Below, one piece after another: positions 10,932-23,707 of a stretch of DNA of 64,000 nt. A model generated the notes under the pieces. That model was not told the origin of the DNA, did not search any database, and saw only the letters and a list, made by a program, of their open reading frames with translations. Made by a program: the position numbers and the translations under genes. Within the stretch, counting starts at the first letter, position 1. Each line of letters starts with the position of its first letter. Origin of the DNA: Blasia pusilla (taxonomy: Eukaryota); NCBI GenBank assembly GCA_050084515.1, contig CM114271.1:38254001-38318000 (forward strand). The letters are read 5' to 3'.

Positions 10932-13870
10932 CATGTCTCACGAGCTCATCTGCACTCCATGCAACAACACTCGTCCCCAACAACGATAAAGAAAACTCTA
11001 CACCATGGGAAGAGACACCCACCTTGGCATGTGTCTCTGTGGGACTATCCGCTATGGGAATGTCCTCCACATGTATGCTCCTCTCCCTGAACCCTCTTGA
11101 GCAACTAACACCACCTGTGAATGCTGCCACCGTGGTCACCGTATCCTCACGTGGTTGACCACCACTGCCCCCTACAAACTGCACCGGTAGATCCCTCACC
11201 CGTCCATCACCTAATCGCCACCCTGACCGATAAGAAATATTCTCCTCCCAAAAATCCAGAATGAACCAAGGGGATACAACACCGTACTCCTTACCAACAC
11301 ATCATATGACTCTGTCAATGTTGTAATCGCCCGATTGCGCACCATGCCACCGTTGCACTATCCGTCTCATGCTCTAGCTGGAGTCTAACCACCAACTCCT
11401 GTCGAGTCATGTAGTGTGTGGGTGATATGCCCCCAATAGAAGTATGTATCTGAAAGGGAAAATGCTCTATGTTGCCTTTCCGTAACCCCAACGCCAACAC
11501 GCCGCCTTCCCTAACATCAAGGGCTGCGCTCTTGAATCAAGTAGGACGCAGTGCGGGTGGTACACCGTACCGGTGGGACTAACCAAGCGAAACAATCCAG
11601 CTTGGTAATCCAAAAACACCACACCTGGTGTGATCATGGCTTGCTTTAGCAATAGCATATCTACCAACTTTTCCGCCACAGCATGCCATGACTGAGTGGG
11701 GGACATCCCGAGCACCTGCTCCGAGGGTAGGTCACCACTTCCTCAACTACCTCTTAGCAAGAGGCAATCACCTCTCCACGCTCACACAACATGGCGGCTA
11801 GTCAAAAAACCTCCTCTAGTTTGACTCCCAACGTCACCAACTCCATGACAGAAAAAAACAGAGTATGGCTCATCCTAGTGGCCACCTCCAACAACGTGGT
11901 AGACATTGGCTCTACCTGAGCCGGCATAGAAGTCGTCTCTCCAACTCCTCGTGGCGTTGATGCACTTGCCTCATCCATGGGCACTACTGGTTTCCGAGGT
12001 ACCATCGATGGTGTATGCAATACCTCCGACAAGGTGAACGACTAGGGAATCCTAGCCTGCCGCCCATCGTCCCCTCTTGTGGATCAATCTCAACCCCACT
12101 TGTCGATGGCTCGGTTACTCTCGCAGCATCTCGAGTCACCACCGGAGCAACCTCAACCTGAGCTGCACTACACAGAAATCCCATACCAGAAAAATCCTCA
12201 ACAGTATTGTGGTAAGATGTGGAGGCTGGCACCACACTAGCTACTCTCAGCTTCGTGCTTGACCTTAGTTGTATCATCGTCATGACAGCAATCCTCTGCT
12301 CCAACTGATCGATGCGAGTAAGGAGCGCTCCATCGGGTGCACGTCCTCCATCTCCTATGACTGGTGATGGAACTCTACCACCAAGATCATCCACTACTCG
12401 ATCTCCACCAACTCTCTCGCCCCCAAGTCCTCTACCTACCTCTAGACGTACATCGCGGCAAAGCATCTATCCCTAGTGTGACCATATCGATGACATTGAT
12501 CACATTGCATCTATGGTAGGGCCATCCTAGATGGCTCCTGAGCAATCGCAGGCGGCCTCAACCCTCTACCATGTTGTGGGTAGTCCCTCTGCCTATGTGG
12601 CCCACCACACGTCCAACAAGCCCACCCTCATCCCTATTGGGTAGCATATGTCGGTACGGGCCGGTGCCTCATCGGCTCACGATAACCCCCTTGCTCTTTG
12701 GGCCCACCGGCCCGCTCCCATGGTCCTCCGATGGAGGACTTCATGGAGTTCCCTCGATACCTCACGCCACTCCATGTCACTCCACTGCCACTGCTCGTAC
12801 TACCCCGTTCTTATGAACCGTGGAAGAACGCCGTGGTGACAACCCTGTCTCACCCCGCTCAAGCGCTCAACTCACCAAGAGTCTCCCACACTCCTCACTA
12901 GCTCACCTACGCTAATGGTAGCCCCATGATGACATACTCGGCCTCACGCACACTCACCACTCGGGCTCACCTTGAGCCTCTCGACTAACTCACCTAAGTC
13001 ACAAACATACTCTCGGATCATACACACGACCCCTACTCGGCAACCGCCGTATAGCCATAAACATGCTACACATACATGGAAACTACACTCGTCACCATCG
13101 CTACACCCATCTAGCACCAACAACTACTCAATACCCATCACTCTCAATGACACAAGATAAGTGCAGGAAAAGGGACTCGAATGGGTAACCTGAACACGAC
13201 TCCCAATCTACTATACGTCAACACTAACTCCTCCATGTCATGCAGCAACCTTCGCGGCACACACTCTCCTCGACCAATATGTCAAACCTCTTCTCAACAG
13301 ATGCGGACGACCCATGTGTCTCTAGCACTACTCGCGCGAACCATCTCTAACTAGGCAACAAATGCCGATCGGCAAAACCCACTCTCTAAATTCCCACTAC
13401 TCTGAGAAAATCGCAACTCCCCCCAACCATGTAGTTCTCCAATGAACGAATACTCTGTTTCGCCCTACCATGTACAATGTCTAACTGCATCTGCTCCCAC
13501 CATATAATCCCGTACTAACTGAGTAGTTGCTGAATCACCACGTCTGGACCCAACCATGTCACCTGACCGCAACTGCGTATTGCCTCTATCCCTTCTGCCA
13601 CCTCCCGGACCGCGGATCTTCTTCCTCCCAAACACCATGGCACCTGGTTGCACTCTTCCCTAACACCGTTCTCTTCCAATCTTCACCTGGCCACTTCTAG
13701 CTCTTGTGGCACGCCGCCCTATGTGGCCAGCCCCACAACCTCGGAGCTGTGTTGCATGCTCTCCCCACTACTCAGCCTTTTCTTCCTCTTCTACCCCTTA
13801 GGACCGCAGCTCTTGCGTGAGCGCGCAAACCTATGCGCCTTGCCCCTAGCCCATGCGCGGCTCCCTGTGC
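10932..13870 (-). mobile_element. Element 3: older, diverged relative of the same gypsy family (leader, partial gag, protease); 5' boundary uncertain
   Basis: VLLDSRAQPLMLGK protease, AQVEVAPVVTRDAA and LPVQFVG...IHVEDIP are homologous to element 1. GTGTTCAGGTTACCCATTC (about 13179-13197, minus) is shared with the element 2 leader (about 54316-54334). Confidence 0.82.
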
Positions 13871-14599
13871 AAGGACCTCCGTGCCAAGGTCCGAGGAGTT
13901 TTTTTATTTTTCTCAGACAATATCCGGGTAGTCTTAAAGTAAGTCAGCATTTGAAAGTTTGAGGTTGGTTGTGGCCAGTAAAAATGAAAATGAGGGTGAA
14001 AAACTGAGTTTTTTTCTGCACTCAGTCAAAATCCGAATTTTGATTATTTCTTCGGATGATTTTCCAACTATCCAAAAAGTTCTTCGGCTAAGTTCTAACT
14101 GATTTCAATAGAATCGGTCAATTTTTTTGGGTCTCTTTCTGTTTTCTCCATTCATTTCTTCTTTAGGGCTTGGTTTATATCTGATTTCTTAACTCCTTCC
14201 AAGTTTGGGAGGTTGGGGGGCAGATTATAGAAACAAACATAACACTCCTCTCTTCTTGCATCCAAACAATTGTGCAAAGATATATTTAAAACTAAAATTC
14301 ACATTTACAAAGGAGATCCTTCGCAAGAGTTGAACCTGGCCATGCCTCCCAACCAGTTAGGACCCAAGGATTTTGCCCCTTAGAATACTTGGAGATTTAA
14401 AGCTCCAAAATTTTCTGAAGGGGCTCTAAATCTAGACAAGAATGTAAACCTCATTTTAGGAAGACAAGTCAATAGAAGTTGCAACGCCTTCAACTTCTAC
14501 TTGAGGAGAGAGATATCTATTTGGGTTAGCATACAGGTCTCTGAAGCTGGCAGAAGTTTTCCACAAAACTATCCTCATAGTCAATAGTAGGGCATTCTA

Positions 14600-16620
14600 A
14601 AGCAATTTTGAGAACATCATCTACAGCAATTTTGAGAACACCCTAGTCTATTCCTACAATTACTCTTTATCATGTTCTGAATTGAGAATGCTCTCTCACA
14701 AACTGCAATGCTCGCACATTGAACCCTCGCAACACTAGCCAACACCAACAAGCTTGCAAACTTGCATTGTAAAGATTGACTCCAACTCACCATTGCCCAC
14801 AGATCCCCGAAATTATGATCTTTCCACTCACTTATCGCCATCAATTTGAAGGATTGGAATTCTTGCTTGACATTAACAGAATTAATGATAAAACGTTGCA
14901 AATGCCCCTTCATTGGTAACTTAGATCCAAAGTGTGCACACAACTCTTCTATATCCTTACATCCCCAACTTAGGATCTTAGTTGTCTAGAAGGCATGTGC
15001 AAGGGGTTCAGGATTTTCATTGCACCAATAGGATTATTGTCTGTGAATTGATCTTGCAAAGCTAGACAAACACTATCAGCATGACTCTCCTAAAACAATA
15101 GAGCAGCTTCTAAATCCTTGCATGTGCGATCTCTAATCATGTCTATACTATGGAACTTCCTCCCTCTAATTTCAGATTATAAGTCTGATAGAATGTGCTA
15201 ACCTCTAATCTTTGAAAAATTAGATACATTCAAGTCATGAGTCTCCATCATGAAATTCATAGTAATAACAACAGTCTCAAAGCTAACAATGTTGCCAATT
15301 GAACTCACATCAATAAATTTTTACTGAAATATCTTGCTTAAGTTAGCCAACATAAAAAGAATATCAGCCAAGAAGTATAATTGATAGATTATACTGAACA
15401 ATCTTAACTTGTTATACAAGCTTACATCATTCCCATCATCTTCTGAAGGGGAAAATGTCCCTAAAGCAAATTAAAACAGATTCTGGTGAATCACATATAA
15501 TGGATACAACTTGCCATCGTGACAACCTTCGAATCTTATGATATCTTTTCATAACTCTTTGGGAGTCATTCATCTTCTCTTGTAGAGAAACTAGAACAGA
15601 TTTTCGTTTGGATGACTTCTAGAAATATCCTGGTACAACATTAAGAATAGAATCTACTTCTATGGAAATGGATTTGCAATTACTAGCTTTAGCAGTTATG
15701 AGAGTTGCAAGGTTTGTCCTATGAGCAACACAATGCACTGAAAGAATGAACAAATTTACCTTTTGCTTCAGTTGTGAAGCCACCCCATTATGGCTCCCTA
15801 CCATTGAGGAGGTTCCATCCGACCTGAAACCTACCATTCTAGAAAAGTCTAACCCCCCATCTTTAATTAGCTCTAACAAACTATAAGTGATAACATTAGA
15901 ATACATAGACTCGCAACGAAGCAATCCTAAAAAACAACACTCAACTTGACCATCTTCTATGAAGGTTGCAAAGACTACCAAATGACCTCTTACAGATATT
16001 TCAGTAGATTCATCAATCATAATTCCAAAGAATGGTGATGCCTGAACCCTAGCAAGGGTCCTTTTGAGCAGAACTTGACTTATACAAAAACACATTTCAC
16101 TTCAGTTAAGATCTTTACCATTTCACTTTAGTAATATGTGCATTCACGAAAAGCATCAACTTACAAACACCTGTGAACTCTGAGAAAGGCATGACCTCCT
16201 TGCACACCTAAATAAAGTGAGCAAAACTATCTCACATGTTCGATTGGATGTGGCAATGGTCTTGGCCATGGATTTTTTTCCTCCATTAGTTGCCCAAGCT
16301 AACTTGATATGCATGATCAATGAAGCCAGACACTTTACAATTTATGGCACCCTCCCTGGCAAAGACATTCTTGCCTTTACCTTTTCTACACATATTACAA
16401 TTAATTCTTCCAATTGAAGAATCTAACATGATCCAATCATACATGATGTACTAAACATCCCTCCACGCTTCTCAATTTCGCAACTATGGATAAATTACTT
16501 CCTAACAAACTCTCCTCTTCCTTCTCATCAGATGATCCTGAAAGAACTATGATCTCTGGTTGTGCCTTGGGGACCTCCTTGCACAATAAGTCATTCATAG
16601 TTCTATGTCTTTTGGCCATT
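14600..16620 (-). pseudogene. Degenerate hAT transposase (ZNF862-like type)
   Basis: FFGIMIDESTEIS (first D), GFRSDGTSSMVG (second D), VHCVAHRTNLA (CxxH), SIAVCERAFSIQNMIKSNCRNRL (E and dimerisation domain). Multiple stops. Confidence 0.88.
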
Positions 16621-17772
16621 GCTACAAGTAGATAAGGTAAAATGAGGATGGTAGGTTGGGATTGGGAGCTTTCAAGTTTAGGATTTTTGGAAAGTTTGGA
16701 GTTTAGGTCTCATGCGTATGTATAACTATACTACGCACAAGATTATAGCTATGGAAAAAGCAGGTTACATGAATTTAGAACGAGCTTGGGATGCATGGTT
16801 TGTAGGTAACCCTACAACCACGATATGAAGAAAAAAAAACAAAAGCCTACATGCAGCAACAACAACGATCTGCCAATATGAAATGAAATGGAAATCACAA
16901 GGGTTCAAGAGCTACAAACAGGAAAAAGCGTCTAGGATAAAATCGGGAGACAAGCTTCACAAAAGGAGCGAGAGTCAAGAGAGCACCCCAAAATCGCAAT
17001 GGGGATAGTCGGAGTTCAAAGGGAAATGCAAATCAGGAAGAAGCATCATAATAGCAAGAGGAGCTGATTATATGGGGGTTTGGGATGGCAGCGCAGGGTC
17101 CACCCGCATATTAGCAACTCATAAGAGGAGCAAAGGCAGCAAACCCACGAGTCTCCAAGGAAGAGTTTAGGGTCACCACAGCTTCAGGCATCAAACAAGG
17201 GAGACTACCCCCACAACAGCAATGCAAGGCAAGGTAAAATGGCATGACAAATACAACAATGTCTTTACCATGAGAGAGTCAAGCTCAATGAGTCAATGCC
17301 CATTGAGGTAGATCTTCGAAGATGGGAGAACAAGGCACAACCCGAAAGACTCAACACTCTGAGAGTGTGAGGCTGTAAGAGGATGGAAGACTCCCAACTC
17401 GCCACTCCGTAGGCTAGTACAAAAGCAAATGGCCACGGATGAGTGGAAAACGTGAGTGGAGGTTGTGGACCGGGTGCGGAGTCCACACTCTAGACCCTGC
17501 ACAAGAGAAAAAGATCCAATATCAAATGTCCCCTAGAGGTGGGGAGAAGAAATCTAGAATCAAGACTCTGGAGAGTCGTATCAGAATAGCTCAATAGCTT
17601 TGGCAACATCGTGCTACGATTGAGAGCTAATTTGGACGAGCGGCCCTACAACATCGCAGCAAGACTCCCAAGAGATTCAACAACAATATGAAGCTTGGAG
17701 CTCAAGAGAACTACGCAACAATAGGAACTGGATTGTCAACAAAAGAAGAATGGAGAGCAAAAAAATAATACG

Positions 17773-17885
17773 AGCAATACAAAACTTGGAGCTCAAAAGA
17801 GCGACGTAGCAATACAAAACTTGGAGCTCAAAAGAGCGACGTAGCAATACAAAACTTGGAACTCAAAAGAGCTACGTAGCAATAC
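17773..17885. repeat. 35-bp tandem repeat, about 3.2 copies
   Basis: AGCAATACAAAACTTGGAGCTCAAAAGAGCGACGT at 17773, 17808 and 17843, partial at 17878. Confidence 0.92.
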
Positions 17886-17977
17886 GAGAGCCGATTAAGA
17901 ATTGGATTATTGGAACTCGCGGAACAACAAGTTAACACGAGCCGCAGAACAACAAAAAAATACGGGCCGCGGACCCG

Positions 17978-18200
17978 CAACATTGGATTCATGTGGCGTG
18001 TTGTTGGAACAAAGGAAGACAACAATACGCGCTTCAACCACGGCACAACAATACAGGGCCATGGGATCCGAAGTTAGACTCCAACTCCAATGAAACACAA
18101 CAACACGGGATTCATGTGGCCTGTTGGAACAATGGAACAAATCAATACGCGCTTCAACCACGGAGCAACAATACAAGGCCAGGGGCTCCGAAGTTAGAAC
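17978..18200. repeat. Tandem duplication of about 120 bp
   Basis: GGATTCATGTGGC...CAATACGCGCTTCAACCACGG...CCGAAGTTAGA occurs twice. Confidence 0.85.
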
Positions 18201-19094
18201 TAAGGAGTTTGGAGAGCCACCACCCGCGGGAGAAGGAGGATGCGAGGAGTATTGAGTCGAGGTGAATGCAACAATGAGCCCAGGAGAGCCCCTCCAGGGG
18301 GTCTCCGCCTTGGCCCCCTTGAGCCCCACCTATCATCTAGCCGTCCAATCCACCATCGGATGGCGTATACTAATGCCCTAATTGGGCTCTTAAGACTCTA
18401 CGGCTAAGATTACTCCATTCCCCTTGGCTGAAATCTATCCGTTCGTTCTCGGTTTCCTGGCTCCCCATATATGTGTCAGTCAATTTCTGTCAGCCGGAAA
18501 TTGCTAGAAGGAAGAAAACCGGCACCCTCCCTTTCATACCTCTAGTTGCCGTTTCAACCGATCCGATTCCCAATGCTATTCCTATGTCTGCAAGCAGCTC
18601 CCCTCGGGTGCCGATTACACTATTACATACGTCGGAAACTCTACCAATGATTGCCATCTTGGGACGGAAATTTCAAATTTCTGCCGGCTGGGATTACTCA
18701 TAAGCCCGGATCTCCCGGGACCTTGCTTCTTGGCCCCCAAGAACGCGTCTCTATGAGGGTGCGACATAGCCCAATCCGCTTCAGCCTGGAACTTCCAACT
18801 TTGCTCACAATAGTCAGAGAATTCAGAGCACTTATTGCTCCCATTGTGTCCCCCTGTGTTGCAGGTTCAAGTGACGGGTGTCCCAAACCCCTTCCCCCCA
18901 TCGGGATCGGAATGCTCTATACCCGGCTACATTTTCCCGGCAACGGTGACTCTCTTGCATGGTCCGGGATGCTCTCGGATATCCGAGAGCAATGTGGATG
19001 GTAGGGTGGATGGTGTGGATGATACATGTTCGTTTTGAAATTCAAATCTCAAAGTCCAGCTTATAAAGTCATCGTAGTGAGGAGGGAATCCTGA

Positions 19095-19510
19095 GAGAGC
19101 TGCTGTGGAGGACGGAGCTGTTGTGGAGGATGGAGCTACTGCGGAGGACGGTGCAACTGCGGAGGACGGAGCTACAACTGGGGAGGACAGAGCTACAGCT
19201 GCTGATTTTATCCGTGCAAATTTTCAATCGGCCGCACATCTTGCACATTGATCTCTGTGATCCGTTTGCCCTCCGTTGTAGAGATTTGCCATGCCATCCG
19301 TTGCAAAAATTTGCTCTCCGTTGCAAATATTTCCCCTCCGTTTGCAGAGATTTCCCCTCCGTTTGCAAAGATTTCCCCTCCGTTTGCAGAGATTTTCCCT
19401 CCGTTTGCATAGATTTCCACTCCGTTGCACAATTTCGCCCTTCGTTGTAGAAATTTTCCCCCTGTTGCAGAAACTTGCTCTCCGTTGGAGAGATTTGCCC
19501 TCCATTGCAT
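19095..19510. repeat. Two adjacent minisatellites (GAGGACGGAGCT-type 18-21 bp; TTTCCCCTCCGTTTGCAGAGA 21 bp)
   Basis: Visible periodicity; gives repetitive ORFs (LQTEGKS)n in several frames. Confidence 0.9.
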
Positions 19511-21198
19511 AAATTTGCCCTTTGCATTGATCGTCGCAGCCAGAGTGCTTTCGGTTCGTAACGTATTAGTTTTTCTCCGAACCTTGGAGATGAACGTGTT
19601 TATGAACAAATTCATCTCGGGAGCGTATGAAGGGTTGATTGGATGGGTAAATCGCCTATCGATTTTCTTGTTTGTTCTGTAGGGTTATAAGATGATACAG
19701 GCAGAGAATTAGGGGAGGTCTGCCCAGAGTTTTGTGCTTGTTTTTTAAATCCGTAGAGTTGCTTTGCCGGAATGCCTTACGTTTCTTACAATTGGGCCAA
19801 ATCACACTAGTGTCCAATTGATTGCGGTTCTTTCTTAAATAGACGGGGAGTCACTTTTTGTTGCCGCTTTACGTGTATAAGTGTATTCGGTGCCGCATGT
19901 TACTCAGTAATACGTTGTGATTCAGCCTCTGGTGCTTGATTATGTATTTGGTGGGTCAGTTGGTCTCGGTAGTTACCTTCTTCTTGAAATCTCTTTATTT
20001 CCATTGATAAGTTCAGAATATATCGTGAAGGTGTATTAGATGGGTTCTGGTGTTGCATGTGACCATGTCATTCAGAGATTGTCCACCAGTGGTCGATTTG
20101 GAAAGTTGTGGCTCTCGTAGAAGGCTTTCTGATGGGCTCCTCTGCCCCTTTTTTCCTTTGGGTTTCTTTTGTATCGTAAGAATGAACTGAGAATCACTAT
20201 AGAGGTTCTTGCTACATTCGTGAAGATGTAATTATTCGCATGTCACAAAAAGGTTATCTAGTTTGAAGGGTGGAGTGTGGATTGTCTTGATATCCGTTGC
20301 CCTGTAAGTTGCCACCGGGATGTTTCCCATCTCCAACGTTGGCGTCTATTGGGTCTGAGGGGATTGAAGGTAACTTCAATGGCATCTTTTTTTGTGTAAA
20401 AAAAATCATCCATCCACTTTTTGTCGCACTCATCGACAGTAAGTAGGTATCTTATGAACTATATTCTGGGATCATGTGAACACTAAATGCTTATTGTTGT
20501 TAAGGTGTCATCCGTGTAGTTCCCTAAACTGAGTGGATATTGCATTTGAGAATCTAGACATGGTTGGAATACCTTCTTTGTGTCCGTTAAGACAATCATG
20601 AAAAATATAATTTACTAAAAGAGAATCGATTGGGAATTTTCTGGATAGTGGACAACTCTTCTTTGTACAATAGTGTTGATTATGAAGCAAAGCGACGAGG
20701 AGGAAAGGATGCAGAATTGCAAAATTTGGTCACCAAAATTAAGTGTGATGCACGCTTGTAGATTGTTTAGGGTAAGATAGTAAATAGATATAGTATGCAG
20801 TAAAGGAAAGAAAAGGACCTCTTGTTCGGAGAGAACAAAATCTCTAAGGTTCTCTATGGAAATACTTTCTTCATATATGAAGAAAGTATTTTCTTTTCGT
20901 AAAAAGAAAATATTTTTGTGTGAATTGGTTTGATACTTGTTAAATTATGATCTTCATTACTTCATATAAATGAATTAAAATTTTTTTAAATATATTACAA
21001 ACCTCAAACCCATCATCCCTTTGCGAAAAAAAATAAATTCATAAAAATAGGACATCAAAGGAAGAAATATTGCTATAGATATATGCTAGCAAAAGGAAGG
21101 CATTCCAACTATCTTATAGGGTATGTATCGACATGTGATTTGCTTCAAATGTTACTTTAAATGTTACCCATCAAATGGAAAACATTTTTTCTTTTAAT

Positions 21199-22225
21199 GG
21201 AAATCCTTGTACCATTCTTTACCCAAACAAATAGAAAATAGATATAAAACTATAAAATACAATGAATTGATACATGGACAATATGGTAAAGCATTCCATC
21301 TAAGAATTAAGGACGCCGAGAAATTATGGGAAAATTCACAAGATTATCGGTAGGATTGTGGTAAATAGAAAGCATTCCAATTTTTTTTTAAATTGGAAAT
21401 CCTTGTACCATTCTTTTACCCAAACAAATATAAAACAGATATAAAACTATAAAATACATTTAGTGGATAAGTGGACGATATGGTAAGGATTCCATCTTAG
21501 AATTAAGGACCCCGAGAAATTATGGGAAAATTCACAAGAGTGGCGGTAGGATCGTGGTAAATAGAAAACATTCCATCTTGCACACACATTACACTCAAAA
21601 AAATTAAATTTAAAAAAGTTTGGAAATCCTTGTACCATTCTTTTACCCAAAGAAATAGAAAACAGATGTAAAGCCGAAAGTATTCCACTCTTTCTTTTAC
21701 CAATTCTTTTCTGTGTTGTTGTTAGTTAGCGGAAAATAGAAACAAATAGAAAACATGTGGAAAACTATAAAAAAAAAAAGTGAATGGATAAGTGGATAAT
21801 ATGGTAAGCATTCCATCTTAGAATTAAGTACACCGAGAAATTATTGGTAAATTCACAAGACTGTTGGTAGGATCATGATAAATAGAAAGCATTCCATCTT
21901 CCATACACATTATACTCAAAAAAAATAAAATTTTCTATAAAATTGGAAATCCTTGTACCATTCTTTTACCCAAAGTTTTATACTCGAAGAAAATCATAAT
22001 TTATTATACGATTGGAAGTGGGAAGTTGTTGTGCGTAGCCGAAGGAAAGTATTCCACTATTTCTTTTACCAATTTTTTTCTATGTTGTTGTTAGTGAGCG
22101 GAAAATAGAAACAAATAGAAAACATGTGGAAAACTATAAAATAAAGTGAATGGATAAGGGGACAATGTGGTAAGCATTCCATCTCAGAATTAAGGACGCC
22201 GAGAAATTATGAGAAAATTCCCCAC
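21199..22225. repeat. AT-rich tandem array, about 4 copies of a 200-320 bp unit
   Basis: GGAAATCCTTGTACCATTCTTT at 21199, 21395, 21622 and 21945, each followed by CATTCCATCT.AGAATTAAG...CCGAGAAATTAT. Confidence 0.92.
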
Positions 22226-22853
22226 GATTTTTTAATCCGGTGTGCTAGAGTTATCTTTGGAAGTGAAGTCTGTATCTCAAGTATCTTTCGAGGAAGTGGA
22301 GAGTATTTTATGTATCCCCATTGAGTGGAAAAAATTTTACTCTTGTAACCTATCTTCTCAATTTATGTAAGAAAAAGAATGAGGACAGAATCAAAACATC
22401 ATCTAAAAGGACACGGTGCCTATCTGTGAAATAAGAGTGTGTATATTCTCTGCGTCTACTTTTTATGTGTTAGTGTCCAAGAATATAATGATAGAACACC
22501 TTGATAGCTCCATGAAGGGATTCATTACAGATAAAATCAGGGAAAAGGATTCTGAAAGTATCATGTTTTTTATGAAAATATGTTCCAATATGCCGTGAGA
22601 TACTTAATGCTCATACAATGAAATCATTTGTCCAAGGCCAAAAAGGTGAAATAAAGCACCTTTTAAAGTCAAGTAAGACAAGCTGGAATCAAAACGAGGT
22701 AGAAAATAAATTTTGAGACATTTACTCACAATGTGAGCTCACATATTACTTCGGAACAGAATTCATGAGTTGGGAGGGGGAATTTCTAAGTAAGCTTTGT
22801 GGGCTGAGATCAAAGGAAAGCTGACCACGTAGAAATTCCCGAGCAGTACGGTT

Positions 22854-23387
22854 CTAATCTAAAAATTGGAGCACCTCTCTATTTGCCACACTCAATTGAA
22901 AGATATTTTCATCTGTCAAGAGTGCTTGTACCTGCAACACAAACTTCTCAATGATTTGAGGTAAGCCATCGATGGTTTTTTCAGACATGGAACTTTCAAG
23001 TTTCTGTAGAGAAATGCGCATAGATAGAAATCCATGCACAATCGTTTCCATAGTATTGCAAACATCTGAAATGACCTTCAATCTGGCTGATAACTCTTGC
23101 AGTTCTACAAGTGATCCCTTGTGAGACTTGGCTGGCTTCTTTCCTGCAGGCCCCATAAAAATCTTCACAAATGCATCGTTGAAGTTTTTGTTCAAATCTG
23201 ACAATGATAAGCTGGTAGTAGAAATTTCAGAGCAAGAAACACTTCCAGCATCTTTCTTCACGCGTTTTGCAGTGTCCCCATCTGATTCATGGCCTCTTCC
23301 CCCATCCTGAAGTCCTTGTGTAGGTTTGGAAGCTTGTTGGAGCTGGATCACTCCTCTGGTCCTCTTCATTGCACGAGTTTTGTCCAT
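22854..23387 (-). CDS. 177-aa ORF of unknown function, possibly transposon-associated
   Basis: ATG-initiated open frame with protein-like composition just downstream of the SWIM gene; no recognisable domain. Confidence 0.3.
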   Translation of the reverse strand: MDKTRAMKRTRGVIQLQQASKPTQGLQDGGRGHESDGDTAKRVKKDAGSVSCSEISTTSLSLSDLNKNFNDAFVKIFMGPAGKKPAKSHKGSLVELQELSARLKVISDVCNTMETIVHGFLSMRISLQKLESSMSEKTIDGLPQIIEKFVLQVQALLTDENIFQLSVANREVLQFLD

Positions 23388-23707
23388 GGTGACAGATCAA
23401 AATTGAATCGTGGAGATCAGAAGAACTTCTTCACACTCGTTTCCGTTTCCCTTAATTCATAGTCGCTTCATCTCCCGTGAACCTGAAGATTGAAAATATT
23501 CATCTGAACTGAGCCCCTATGTATCGCGATGTCCCTCTCTCAAAAATCCAAATACCTGGGGCCGGCGGGAGATCCTATGATCAATGCCGTTAATATATGT
23601 GGCGCTACCCGTGGAGATCCCGTGAAGATCCGCCAATCTGGAATACCTTCCATGAATTCCAAAAGCCCCAATCCTTCATATACACCGATCTCAAAACTAC
23701 AACAAAA

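Noticed and set aside
13866-17503. Candidate TIRs for the hAT element (TGTGCAAGG... / ...CCCTGCACA)
   Set aside because: Only patchy similarity and no 8-bp TSD.
17773-18200. 35-bp repeats that look superficially like a CRISPR array
   Set aside because: Units are head-to-tail with no unique spacers, there are no cas genes, and the context is eukaryotic.
19069-19615. Overlapping 70-150 aa ORFs on both strands
   Set aside because: They are open because of 21-bp minisatellite periodicity; no domain evidence.
20480-21180. AT-rich stretch reminiscent of organellar intron DNA
   Set aside because: No plastid or mitochondrial gene or intron domain could be recognised; needs BLASTN.
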